Origin: Monocercomonoides exilis PA203
Lineage: Eukaryota; Protista; Preaxostyla
NCBI GenBank assembly: GCA_001643675.2
Contig: LSRY02000015.1
Span: 868,001 to 932,000 of the forward strand
Direction: 5' to 3'
Length of the DNA: 64,000 nt
In this document: positions 47,349 through 59,942 of the stretch, piece by piece
Layout: the number at the start of each line of letters is the position of its first letter
Position numbering within the stretch: the stretch's first letter is position 1
Program-made: the position numbers and the translations under genes
The notes under the pieces: model-generated
The model's input: the letters and a program-made list of their open reading frames with translations, nothing else
Told to the model about the DNA's origin: nothing
The model's database searches: none

Positions 47349-50194
47349 TTAATATATCTTCATTCTTCTACTTTTCCATTTTTGAAGTTTAAAAAATTGA
47401 TTGAAAGGAATCATTATAACGCCTTCACGGAGTGCCATCTGCGCCTGTGGAAGAACAAAGTTGTGTGTTGCCAACTTTCGCTGGAACTTCGACACGCAAT
47501 GGGGCTGCCTTTTAACCCGCTCTGAGAGGTCGAGTTCGATTATTTGGTACTTCAGCGGAAGATTGCTGACAAGAGACAATTTCAACTGCACTTGAAATGG
47601 CTGCTCGTCAACAGCGCTGTGTGAAGAATGAAGGACTGAAGATATAAGGAGAAAAGAGATTAAAATAAACATGTAAAAAAAAAAAAAAAAAAAAAAGAGA
47701 GAGAGAGAAAGAGAAAGAGAAAAATAAGAATAATATTCATTTAATAACGGCATAATTGAACAAAAAGCATAAAAAGGCTGATTAAACAAACCTTGTCCAC
47801 ACGAAAACCGTGAACTGCAAGAATAATTTTGCGAGTTGGCATTAAGGCCATTCTTTGACAAAGAATTATGAAATGCAGAAATCTGATTGGATGCTTTGCC
47901 TATACGATTTGTCAGCAAAGAATTATTTCTCTGCATAATGTTGCATTTTGAATGTTCATCAGTGCACAACAAGGAAGACAGCAAAGATTGGGCTGTTTGA
48001 GATTGAGTTCTTTGAAAAATAGAAGAGGAAAGAGATGCTTTGCTGGGCAATGGTGGCATTTGCTGAATGTGATCAGATGAAGAAAAAGAAGAATGAAAGT
48101 GAATGCTTTCCAATTTCAATGGATGCTCAATCGAATTTGTAATAGTTGGATACAACAGTGAGCAAACTTGAGGATTCGCCAAGTTTTGATTCAATGATGA
48201 AGGAAAAGACGAAAATGGTTCAATGTTTTTTCCAATACATTCCATTATCGATTCATTTGATGCTTCTTCTCCTTCATTTTGAAGAGAGTCAGCTTCAACA
48301 CATTTAGCCTGATTCAGTTTGCTCTGCTGTCTTTTTTCCTTTTCCCTGTCGTTGCTGAGATAAAACCTCTCCAGCTCGGTGAGATCGTTCCATCTCTGCC
48401 TTTTCCTCGCTTTTTTCTCAGCTTTTTGAACAATTTTATTCAAAGCTCGTATTTCCTTCTCGGACAATCCCAGCTCGTCCGCATCTTTCAGACAGCTCTT
48501 CATTTCTTCCAATGTCTGCACATTAAAAACCCCTTTCTTTGCCACTCCGGTGATTCTTTCAGTTTCTTCCTCCTCTTTCTTGATTGAGCGCTCTGCTTTG
48601 TTCCACATCTCTGCTTCAGATTCGTCAGACATCCACTCTTTCCTGACCCACTCTCCATACATCCAGTAATGCTGTTTGGCCTCGTTAATCTCCTTTTTGA
48701 TGACACTAAGACGTTGTTTTGAACGCAATGCTTCCTCATCCTCCTCTTCGACTTCTTTGGCTTTCATTGCATTTGGCTCTTCTTTGTCATCAGTAACTTC
48801 TATTCCATCTTTCCCCCTCTCATCTTTTTCCAGACAGTCGCTTTCTTTACATTCCCTTTCAAGAGAATCCACATCATTTTCAGCGAGCTTTGTGTCATAG
48901 CGCCTCCACCGGTTGACCATTCGCACTTTTTGGAACTCTGCCACTGTTGACTCAACACACCCATCGCACTGATATCCTCTGTCATAAGAGATCTCGTCAA
49001 TCGTCATGCTGGACGGATTCCATTTGCACAGCTTCTCAATCAGCTCTTCGTCTAGCGACGAAGACGTCTCTGAATCATCTTCACTACACAGGCTGCTGTT
49101 TTCATCTTCATCTGGCTTCTGGATACTGCTGGTGGATGCGAAGGAACATGAAGATTCTGTTCGCATTTGATTTGACTTTTTTAATTCCTCATTGGATAAA
49201 GTTGATAATGATTCCTCTGGAAAGTCTGTAATGCGATTTCGCACTAAATAGCTTAGAAGAATAAGTTGACGTTGCGCAGAAGTCAAATCTTGTTTCTTAG
49301 AATCCTCCAAAGGCTTATTCTGATTTTCTTCTTTATTTGAATCACTCAAAGCTAATTGGTTGGTATTTTTCTCATCATCTTCAGGTTCATATGCCTTTTC
49401 ACCATCAAGTTCATTATGCTGCGTACTTGTTGTAATATTTTTTGGTGTTATATAATCGCGCTTTTTATGTGATTCGCACACTAAGTCTTGCACATTTGAA
49501 TGAACCGAAGGAATCGAGTAAAACGGAAGAGAAGATTCAATATTGGTTAATGAAGGTGACGATGAAGTTGTTGCAGACTTGTGTACAGAATAACCGTGAA
49601 GACCAAAATCATTTTTGTTTGATAAAGATGAACTTTGAATTTGCGAAGCTGAAACAAAAGTATAAAATGGATCTGTGTAGTTTTGAATTTTTTTAATTGT
49701 TCCAAAATCTTCAAATGATCCGACTTTACTAGAGCATTCCAGTCTCCTTTGAAGAGATCCTTTTAAAATTTTCTGAGACTCATCAGGCATTGGGTAATGA
49801 CGAGGAGAAGAAAAAGAAAAATGAGAAGAACTATCAGTTATCGTTGAACTAGGACAAAAAAATCCCAAATCATAATCTTTCAAGAATTTGGTACTGCATG
49901 AAATGGCTTCTGAACTCTTTTGTTTTTCCTGAACAGATTTATCTGAAAACATCTTTTCTTTCTCATATTCAACATGATTTTTCGGAACCAAAGCTGAATT
50001 CATGTTTAACATATGAGATGTTGAATCTTTAACATTTAACAAATCACAAGATTGGAGTTTGACACTCCCGAAAGGCTCAAAAAGAGAAATTACACATATT
50101 TGAGAATTCGCGACAAAAAACGAAATAATTTCAATAAAAGTTATTAAATAAAGCAAACGAATTCAAATATTTTGTCATGTAATAAAGTGTTCAT
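47349..50194 (-). CDS. Hypothetical protein, tandem paralogue of 50307-53008
   Basis: Long ORF with an in-frame 156-nt intron 47636-47791 (GTTTG..CAG, low-complexity T/CT tract). Probable first exon 50194-50159 with GTTTG donor (acceptor uncertain). Shares a W-rich helical domain with its neighbour. Confidence 0.75.
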
Positions 50195-50306
50195 TCATTA
50201 CAATATCAATTCATAAAAACCAAAATTTATTATTACGAAAAATGTGTACTATTGATCGATCAAACTAACAAAATAATTAAAAACAAATCTATAAAATATA
50301 ACAATT

Positions 50307-53008
50307 TTATTTAGACAAAGAAATGACCAAAGGTTCGGTTCTTTGAGCAGATCTGAACAAATGTTCCTTTTTCTTTTCAAGTCGTTGAGCTCTTCTTGCA
50401 TCTTTGCTTCTGCTACTGAGAATAGTTAATGAAAGAAATTCTTTTGTTGGATTCAATGTTGGATCAAAGACATTTTGCCTCAGCGAGTCAATAAAAGATC
50501 GAATTGACGATCGTCGAATAAACAAATGGTTGTTTTGAAGTATTTTTTCGAAATAAGGTCTATTGTAACGCTCATCATAATGAACATTTTGTAATCGCAG
50601 ATTTTTGCAAGGAAAACATCCAACTGCAAAATCCACAACGAAACAATTTTGACCAATACGGCTCGACTGATCAAATTGATTGGAATTCTCAACCACTGAA
50701 GAATTTTTCATGCTGCGATGTTTATTCTTCTTTGAAGGCTTAAAATTTGGCTCAGAGAAATATGGCAGTTGTTCATCAGCATCCAAAACTAAAGATTGAA
50801 GAAACAGAAGTTCTGCATCTGCTTCAGTTGAAAGATCGCAATGAGTTTCATTGAAAACAGGAATCGTTTCATCAAAATCAAGATCCACACTTTCTTTTGA
50901 GAGAAGTGAAATTGAAAGAGATTTGCAGTTAACCGAAGAAATTGCTGGTTGCACAGCGATTGCCAGTGAGCGAGCAAACGGCTGCGATAAAAGCAAACAT
51001 TGCTGCTGATCTCTATGAATTTGTTGTTTGATGCAGTTCTGATTGGTCAATTGCTTATTCATCATTCTCAATCTTTTCAATGAATTTTCTTCGCTTTCTT
51101 CACTTTCTTCTCCAGAAAGCACAAATTCAGTCTTCAATTGAACTTTGCTTGTCTGATTCGAACGCTCTTCTGACCTGATTTGCTTCAACTTCTTCTTCAT
51201 TGTGTAAAGTCGAAAGCGCTCAACCTCATCAATTTTCTTCTTTTCCTCTTCTTTTTCCATTCTTTTCTCTCTCTTTGCGATTGAAAGCTTTAATTTACTT
51301 GCCTCTTCCAACTCTTCAACACACAAAGCAGTCAATGAAGAGCCTTTCTGTGACTTTTCCTGAAGCTCCTGCAGCCGAAACATCATCTCTTCCAATGTGT
51401 AATTTTTATCGCCCTCTTTTCTTTCCCACATTTCTTCTTCTTCTTCTTCTTCCTCCTTCTTTTTGAACTTCCTTTCAGCCTCTTCCCACATCTTCTTCTC
51501 TTCTTCGTCAACAATCCAGTCTTTCTTCGCCCATTCCCCAAACAGCTTGAAATGCTCCTTCGCTTCCTGAATCTGATGCTTTATTCGCTCAATTCTTTTC
51601 TTTCTCCTCATTTGTACTTCATTTTCTTCTTTCTCATCATCTTTTTCATTCAACACCCCACCAAATTCCTTTTTATCTTCAACACATTCACCAGATTCTT
51701 CATGTCTTTTCGTTTTTTCCCTATTCTCATCTTTCCCCTTTCCTAACTGAATAGCCAAAGTAAGTCTTGCCAATTCTGCATTTCCCTCAGCCAGGTCTTG
51801 CAAATCCTCGTCTTTCCATCGCATCAGCATCTCATTCCTCTTTGAAGCATGGAACGTCGACACCTTCACATCGCCGTCATTGAAAACAAGGTTGTTTGTG
51901 TAGTTTTTGTGCTTTATCGCTTGTGGCTTCCAGGTTGTAATATTTTCAGTCAGCAGCGGATCAAGCAAATTAACTGAGGAAAGCGAAGGCGATGACAGAG
52001 AAGCTGTGGGAGACGATGGTGGTTGAAGAGAGTCTTGTAAAGGAAACTCTGGTGGAAGGGCTGATTCGGAACTTAAATTTTGTTGTAAATTTTGTTGCAA
52101 TGCAGACGTCTTCATATTTGCGCCACTTGTAGTCATGCTATTCTTTTGAATGAACCGAGCTGAATTTGCAGAAGGGATTAACAAATCCTCTTTATCTTTA
52201 TAAAACGTCTTTTTTTCATTCAAATGAGAACGATGACATTGGCTTTCAAAAGATAGAGCCTCCGAGTATTTTTCGTTTTCTTTTCTTGTTGTGTTCATTT
52301 GACTTTTTCTCATTTCAATGGAAAATTCCCGCATAAAGGCAAATGAACTGATATCTGCATTAGGTTCAGGTACTTTCTTTTTGTCTTCAAAAATTTTGGA
52401 TGAAGGAAAATGCCCAACAGCGCGTATGGCAGTAATCTCTGCTCCACTTAATTTTAATGCTCTCGGACTCAAAATTTGATAACTGTTTCTGCTCGACACT
52501 CTCAAAGGCTTAATTGATGAAGGATCATTCAAAAAGCTATATTTTTGCATAGAATTTTTCAAGCCTGCTGCTGAACTTGAATTGGAAGAAGCCATCAGAA
52601 AATTATCTTTTTCAGAATTCCAACTTGAAGTTTGAGGATAAAAATAATCATGCTCTTCCTGTTGACTTTGATTAAACGAAGAATTGCAGAACAATGGTTT
52701 ATCATAAGGTTCCACTTTGAATGGCGAGTGTGATTGAGATGAAAAAGAACTTGTTTTTGCTTTTGAAATTTGATTTCCAAATGAAGAAGTAGTTGCTATG
52801 GAAGAAATTTGAAAATGATGTTCTTGTTCTAGTAAATAATTTGAGCTCGGTACATGATCTGAATTATCTTTTGAAAGCGTCTATAATGAATAAAATGAAT
52901 CATTTTTTGATTATTCAAAGTTTAAAAAATGATAAACACAAAAACATATGAAGAACCAACATGTTTGAAACAATAGGAATTTTGACAGGATGCACGAGGC
53001 AGGGACAT
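50307..53008 (-). CDS. Hypothetical protein (~873 aa), tandem paralogue of 47349-50194; complement(join(50307..52880,52961..53008))
   Basis: The frame stays open to a TAG acceptor at 52881; 48-nt first exon with ATG and GT donor in phase 0; conserved central domain shared with its neighbour. Confidence 0.8.
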
Positions 53009-54069
53009 TGTATTCCTTAAAAATTGAAAAAAAATTTTTTGTCTGTCTTATATCATTATGGGTGTTTTCCTGATTCTTTTTAAAAATACTAATCACAAAA
53101 TGTGTCTTGATTTATTTTTAATCAAGAGCTCACAGAAAAAGTATTGAATATGATGAAATAAAAACCATTAGAATCAAAATGCTTCATTCTATTCAAATTT
53201 TTCATTTTAGCAAATATCCCTTTGACAATTATAATTCTTTCTATTTTAATATTTAATAAAAAATTGAATCAATAAAATAATTTGAAAATAACCTTCAAAG
53301 CCATGTTATAAAATATACTCCAATTCACAGATAAAAACTTAAAATTGAAAGGGAAACAACAAAAGTACAAAGTTTGAAGGAAAAAAAAAAAAAGAACAGG
53401 AAAGTGAATTTCAAATCTATTATCAAATTAAAAATTAACATTATTTCTTTAGGAACGACATCAAAAGATGTCCAGACGTTGAGATATTTTATCAAGGAAA
53501 CAGATAACGAGTGAAGAGGGAAGTCAATAATAATAATAAAAGAAAAAAAATATTTTTTTTTTAAAAAAGAAAATAACATTTTAACTCAAGGAAAATTAAC
53601 ATTATAATTTTAACGATAATACGTTGATGATAAATCAATCAATAAATAAATAAAAAAAAAGGGTTATTAACAAAACTATTTCTCATAACAATTTATGTGC
53701 TCTAAGAAGATGAAACAATGAAACAGAATAAATGCTCCCATTAAATAAAAATATGCAAAAGTACTTTGTTTGTACAGTTTCCTGCAATATGGGTATTGGG
53801 TTTTGTTGCAAAATATAAAAAAAAACCACAATCATATAACGGGAAATAACAACAAACTCATTTACAGCAAGTGATTTTCCAATGCACGATAAAAAAATAT
53901 TTTTTTTAATGAACAGATGAACAAAGAAAAAGAAAATAAAAGTGAAGAATTAAAGAATTAAAGAGTTAACGAAACGAAAATAATCTAAACGCAAACAAAC
54001 GAGCATGAAAAACAAGGTTTCAAAAAGAGAAGATTCAGGTGAAAATAACATAAGCTGAAACAAAGTTAT

Positions 54070-54100
<31 letters not shown>

Positions 54101-54706
54101 GAAAAGAAAAACGAATGGATGAAAATTATATAAGTTAAATAAAAGAAAGTTTGCAATAAAAATAAAAAAAAGAAAAAAGAAAAAGAAAAAAAGGAATATT
54201 TTTTGATGAATAAAAGAAAAATCTATTTCTTTTGCTTTATCATCAAACGACGACGACGACAATGACAACAAAAAAACAACAAGATATAATTTAAATAAAA
54301 TAAAATAAAATAAATAAATTGAAGGTTGCATCTAACAGAAGTGCTCGCGAAAGAAAAGTGAATACACATAAAAAATATAAAAAAGGAGGTGATAAAAAAA
54401 AAAAAATGAAAAAAAAGGAACTGAAAGAGAATGAGAAAGATACAAAATTGAGCAAGCAAATAGGAATTCACAAAAGAAAAGACAAGAAAGAAGAGAATTT
54501 TTAATTCAGAGAAGATGAAAAAGAAAGAAAGAAAGAAAAAGAAAAGATGAAGTCACTAATACAGATTACCCACATGTCAAATTACATGTCAAATTCCAGT
54601 CATAACAAAAAGATGTGCGTTTTTTAATACATCAACAACTTTCTTTTCTTTTCTTTTCTTTCTTCTTCTTCTTCTTTTTTCCAATAACCATTTTCCCATG
54701 TTCTTC

Positions 54707-57291
54707 TTAAATTGGTATCTTATTCTTCAGATCCGTGTCATATATAATCGCCATCGCAAGTGAAATCATCCCAAAGAAAATACCCAGCCCCATCACAATC
54801 CACGCACAAACAACAGCAAACGACCCTTTCTTCTTCGGCACCAGCAGCTGCCTCAGCTCCTTCTGCACAAGATCGTCCTCAGAGGGATCATCTGGCAGCA
54901 CTTCGTATTCATCCCCGTTCTGCTCGGCAGCAGGCGTCGGCAGCCGAAAAACGTCGCTGTCAACCTCGTCAATAATCTGATATGTTGTCATGTCAAGCCC
55001 TTCAACATCGTATTTCCCTATTTTAAGTGACTCATCTTGCCCAGTTTTCATTGACGTACCTGCAGATAATCCAGTGGCAATTGCAACAGTATTTCTGCTT
55101 CCAGCTTCTCCCAATTGTGCTGCAGGATACTTCAGTGCACTTGGGTGTGCCAACGTAGTCTTCCTCACTAATTGTTTGATTGGCGTTATCTTCTTCACTT
55201 TCATCACGCCATCGTGAGCTGAGCGGACTGACGGGCATGCTTGTGAATCATCAGAGCTTTGTGAACCTGCTGCTTGAAATGAACAAGTGAAAAAAAAAAA
55301 TCGAATCATTATGAGCGAATAGAGTATTAAAGAAAGACAATATCAATAAATGAAAACAATCAAAACAAGTTAAACATTCAATCAAACAAATAAATATGCA
55401 AATAATAAAATAAAATTAAATAAATATAACTATAATCCCTCATCATACCCAACAACGGCGTATGCAATTCGTCGTCGTGCGACAAAAGTCCCGTGCGAGA
55501 AGTAGCGCGATCTCCACTCGGCGAGTCTTCACTCTCATTCACATAACTCACATCACCGCCACTGCTGCTGGTGTGCTCTCCGATTGGCTGGAGCGGAATC
55601 GACGTGTCGAGCATCACATGGCGAGGGATGCGCATCGACTGCACACGCTGCACTTGAGTCACTTTCCGCACAAGCTTCGATGTTCCTTTTGGCTTGTCAG
55701 CTGTCTGTGATGACAGCTCATTCGAAGAGGTCATGGAAGCTTGCTGTGAACTCTCGTTATTCTTCTCCTCGCTGTTTCTAGTGCCATTTTCTCTTTTTTC
55801 CTCTTCTCTTCCTTCTCCCTTTTCACCATTTGCTTCTTTCTCTTTTAAGCCATCCAAATCCTCAGGAGTCACAACCTGAAACTCGCTCTCATCAACATAC
55901 GTGACAATTTCTCCGTGGAGAATCATCCTCCTTTTCCGACTGACATAACGCGAAGGATTCGTGACAACGCGGATGAACAGCGCTGGCGGCACCACAAACG
56001 CCACAACAGCTCCGGCTGTTGATCCGATTATGTCAAACACAAAATTCACTTTGTACAGAAAGACGGACAAAAGAGTCGTCAGCAGCGCAAGTAATGTTCC
56101 CACAGCAGATGTGATCAAGTGATGTTTCGTGAGCGGGCCAAGGATCTTCTTGTCCTGATACTCCGGAGGAATCAAAGGGGGAACAGCAGAGATGTTTGCA
56201 TAGGCTTCTTTGATGCTCCCTTGACATGTGAACATGTCATACATCACCCGCAGCACATTGAAAAGAGCGCTTCGGGCAGGTATAAGAAGCAGAGGATAGG
56301 AAAAAATAACAGTAATGAGAGTTCCAACACGCGCAATGATAATGGCAATGTCGTTGGATGGATACATGGTTAAGATGTTTCCAGGGGAATCCGCAACGAA
56401 AAACAGATCGGTAAACTGAAAGTATCCAAAATATCCACACATTATATATCCTATTGACACAATGAAAAATGAAACTGCAGTTACAAATAGCATTTTTGAC
56501 CGACTTTTGTTTTGCAATTCTCCTTGAATAAACGGTAAATTTTGATGGCATCCAAATGCAAAGCAAAATGTTGAAAAGCATTGAATAATTGAAAGTGAAG
56601 GATGAATCATTTCCCCCTTTCTGTGCACAACTGGAACATTTGGAGTTGAAGATACGAAAAATCGAATAAACACAATCACAATTGCATAAAGGATGGCAAC
56701 AAGTGCAAATGAACTTACATATTTTAATGATGCAACACGTCGAAACCAAGAAAGAGGAACATAAAATCCAACGCCCATCACAAGCGTTAACAACCATCTG
56801 TTCATAATAAAAGAAGTACTTGGTACATTGCAGGCTTCAAGTATTGCCAACAGGAAATCACCAGCGAGTACAATATATGCCCACAACACACCAAAACACT
56901 TCAAAAATGTACAAAATGCAATTGACAAAATTCCATAGACTCCAAACACTTTCCCTGCCAACTGTCAATAAAAAATATTCAAAAATGAAGTTAATAAAGA
57001 GATATGATTGAAAATATTAAAAAGCCAAACATCACCATAAGTATACAAGCATGTTGCATCAGCCACATAAATCAATTGAAAAAATGATATAAAGGATATG
57101 ATGATCATAAAGAGGAACATAAGTGAAGCAGGCAAAAGGCCAGCTTTAGCGATTGCAAATGGAAGTCCAAGAGTCCCAGCTCCGATGACTGTATTCACTA
57201 AATTGATGATTGAAGAGAATTGAGATGCATATTTTTCTTCTTGTTTAACTCCATTTGTTGTGCTTTGCGCCCCTTTCGTTGATAAACCCAT
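54707..57291 (-). CDS. Amino-acid transporter, Aa_trans (SLC38/AVT-like); complement(join(54707..~55272,55449..56961,57031..57291))
   Basis: SSIINLVNTVIGAGTLGLPFAIAKAG, LKYVSSFAL, FAFGCHQNLPFIQGEL, GYFGYFQF, SYPLLLIPAR, VFDIIGSTAGAVVAFVVPPALF; two phase-compatible GT-AG introns; final TM helix in exon 3. Confidence 0.93.
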
Positions 57292-59076
57292 GGAAAATGA
57301 TTACCAAGAAAAAGTTGATCGATTATATATATTCTGATCATTCGATAAAATCATTTCACATTTTTTCATACATAGAACAAGAACTTTAAGCTCCAGTGAA
57401 CAACAGAAACTCTAATAAGTCATCATTCAAGTACGCTTTTAAATAGTGGCATGAGGATTTGATAAAAAAACGCAATAAGAAAATCAACACAGAACCAAGA
57501 AATTATTTAAGAATGACCTAAATCACCTGAATACAATAATTATAAAACAACGATACACGTTAAGATAATAGTTTCATTTGAATTAAAGAACAACAATCTG
57601 AATGAGCAAAAATTTCCAAAAACACTTCAAATAAATCATTACATAAACTCTTTAAAAATACACTTTTTCAACATACTTTATCAAAAAATTTAATAAATAT
57701 TCAATAAGCATAAACAAAACAAATAGTTAATTCAAAGAGAATAATTAAATTCAAAAAGTTAATACAAATAAAAAAATTTGAAAATATTACAAAATAAATT
57801 ATTTTGTCAATACAGCGAAGCAAAAAGCATGGCAAATAAAAATATTCAATCAATAAAATTGAGCAATCAGAATATCGCAAAAATGTATCAACGATGCGTG
57901 CAACTTGTCCAACGTTATTATAAAGTCCACATCAAAGAAATATGTTTCCAACTCTATCAAGGAACAAAATCGCATTTCACATTCTCCAAGTTTTCTTTTT
58001 AATAAAAATAAAAAACAAAACAAGGTAAAAGCCCAAAATGCGTTTGCTATAAGCACAATTTCAAAGCGAGTATCGCGAAAGAATAAACTTTGTGGATACA
58101 ATTATTAATTATGTGCTCCCTCACCAAAGTCGGGTAAAACTTTCGTTATCAATCTTGGTCGAGATTCATATGAATGAAGTCATATCAAAATTATAAAAAT
58201 GCAAAATTTTTATAAAAAAGTTTCGCATTTTAGACTAAATTCACATTGTGAATTAAACCAATTATTATTTTGCAACTCTGATGTAGAGATAAATAACATA
58301 GACAATAACAACACCTCAAGACCGCATGCAACTACAGTAAGAAAGATGTTAGCTCCATTTGAACTAGAAAAATGTTGGCGGTGGCCTTTTGACTCAACAT
58401 AATTCAAATTATTCAAAATATTGTTGATCACATATAAACACCGTCAAAACGTCTGATAGACGAAAACTTTATTTACGCACCAAATTACTTTCATTGTAAC
58501 ATTAATAAACTACGAATTATGAATCCAATGCAATGAAAAAGATATTGATGCAAAAAATAAAAAAACAAATGAAGCTTTGTCTTATTCTCACGAGAAACAT
58601 CATAAACATTATGACAATGATACAACAAATGATGCATTGATATTATAGCTGCAATTTTGCGAAAAATTCATCATTTCGCATCACAAACGCAAAATTTAAT
58701 TGAATTTTCGTTCCACAAACCTCTTTTACGATTACTAAATATTATTTTTTGTTTTTACCTATGAACGAAATCATTATTACGTTAATGATTTGTCTCCATC
58801 AATCTAATCGAAAATTCATCAATTTTATGAACAAAAAAGTGATCCAATGAAAAATTAAGCCATACTCAATTTCTAAGTCAATTCTCAAAAAACTTCATAA
58901 ATCTAAATATTCATTTTCAAGTGTATGTTTCCATGAAAACATAAATAAAAATAAAAAAATAAAGCAAATGCATATGTGCACAGAAGTCAAATACAAATAA
59001 TTGATACGAGAAGAATATAATTGTGAAATCAAGAGATAATTATCAATTATTTCTTGAGAGTGACAAACATCAAAAA

Positions 59077-59730
59077 TTAAGAAGATTTTTCTATTTCTGT
59101 TTTTTCTTTAACCAATGGAACATGTGAAGAAGATGATACTGGGGACTGCGAAGGTGATGGCGAGCTTGAAAGAACAGGAGGTTCAATTGGCTTTTCTAAC
59201 AAAAAGCTTTCCAAAGCATGAAAAGTCGAAAGTCCATCATGATCAGCCGATCCAAACTCTGCCATGGGAAGCTTTTCTTTGGGATAGAGTCCTTCAAAAA
59301 CAGGAATTGGATTCACAATTCCATTTTTCCCATTCAAGAAGCATTTCATTAAAATTGAACAAGCAAGCTGGTTCTTCAAATAAAATTTTTGTACAAGGTA
59401 AAACGCTTTATCTTCGAAGTGAATAAGCTTGCTTTTAATTGTGTAAGGTTGGAAAAGGCGAATTTGCTTCCGATACCGAATTGCAATACAACCGATTATT
59501 GGAGCAAGACCAAGTTTTCCTAGTTTCTCATTCAAATTTGAACTGTATATCCATGCCCAACGCGCGTATTCCGCTAATGAAAGATACGAAGCGTTGTTAA
59601 TATGCATGAACATATCAATATCAAAGAATCCGGCACGTGAATTCCATACAAATTCTTCCAAAAATGATTTAGATTTATTAAAATATTTATGATAAAGACA
59701 GTTATATGCAGTTCGCAAATAATATGCCAT
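59077..59730 (-). CDS. Hot-dog-fold acyl-CoA thioesterase (4HBT/THEM6-like)
   Basis: DIDMFMHINNASYLSLAEYARW and IAIRYRKQIRLFQPYTIKSKLIHFEDKAFYLVQKF motifs. Confidence 0.88.
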   Translation of the reverse strand: MAYYLRTAYNCLYHKYFNKSKSFLEEFVWNSRAGFFDIDMFMHINNASYLSLAEYARWAWIYSSNLNEKLGKLGLAPIIGCIAIRYRKQIRLFQPYTIKSKLIHFEDKAFYLVQKFYLKNQLACSILMKCFLNGKNGIVNPIPVFEGLYPKEKLPMAEFGSADHDGLSTFHALESFLLEKPIEPPVLSSSPSPSQSPVSSSSHVPLVKEKTEIEKSS

Positions 59731-59942
59731 CCCCCTTTACAGTAAAACAAAAAAATACAACTGATAAACTTGATCCTAACCATACGGGAAAAAATATTTT
59801 TTTATTGAAGGCAAAAGCAAAAAGTGAATGACTTCTTAGGAGATTTGACAACTTCTCAGGAAAATTAAACTTGAAGAGAAAAAAATATTATGAATGTGAT
59901 TATTCTAATTGATCGAAATTTCCTTTAAAAAAAGGAAATTTG

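Noticed and set aside
47636-47791. Transmembrane helix near the C-terminus of ORF 47349-50156
   Set aside because: It is the read-through of a 156-nt GTTTG..CAG intron made of T/CT tracts.
57778-58431. Small gene between the transporter and the thioesterase
   Set aside because: Only short ORFs on both strands; I could not build a convincing spliced model or recognise a motif.
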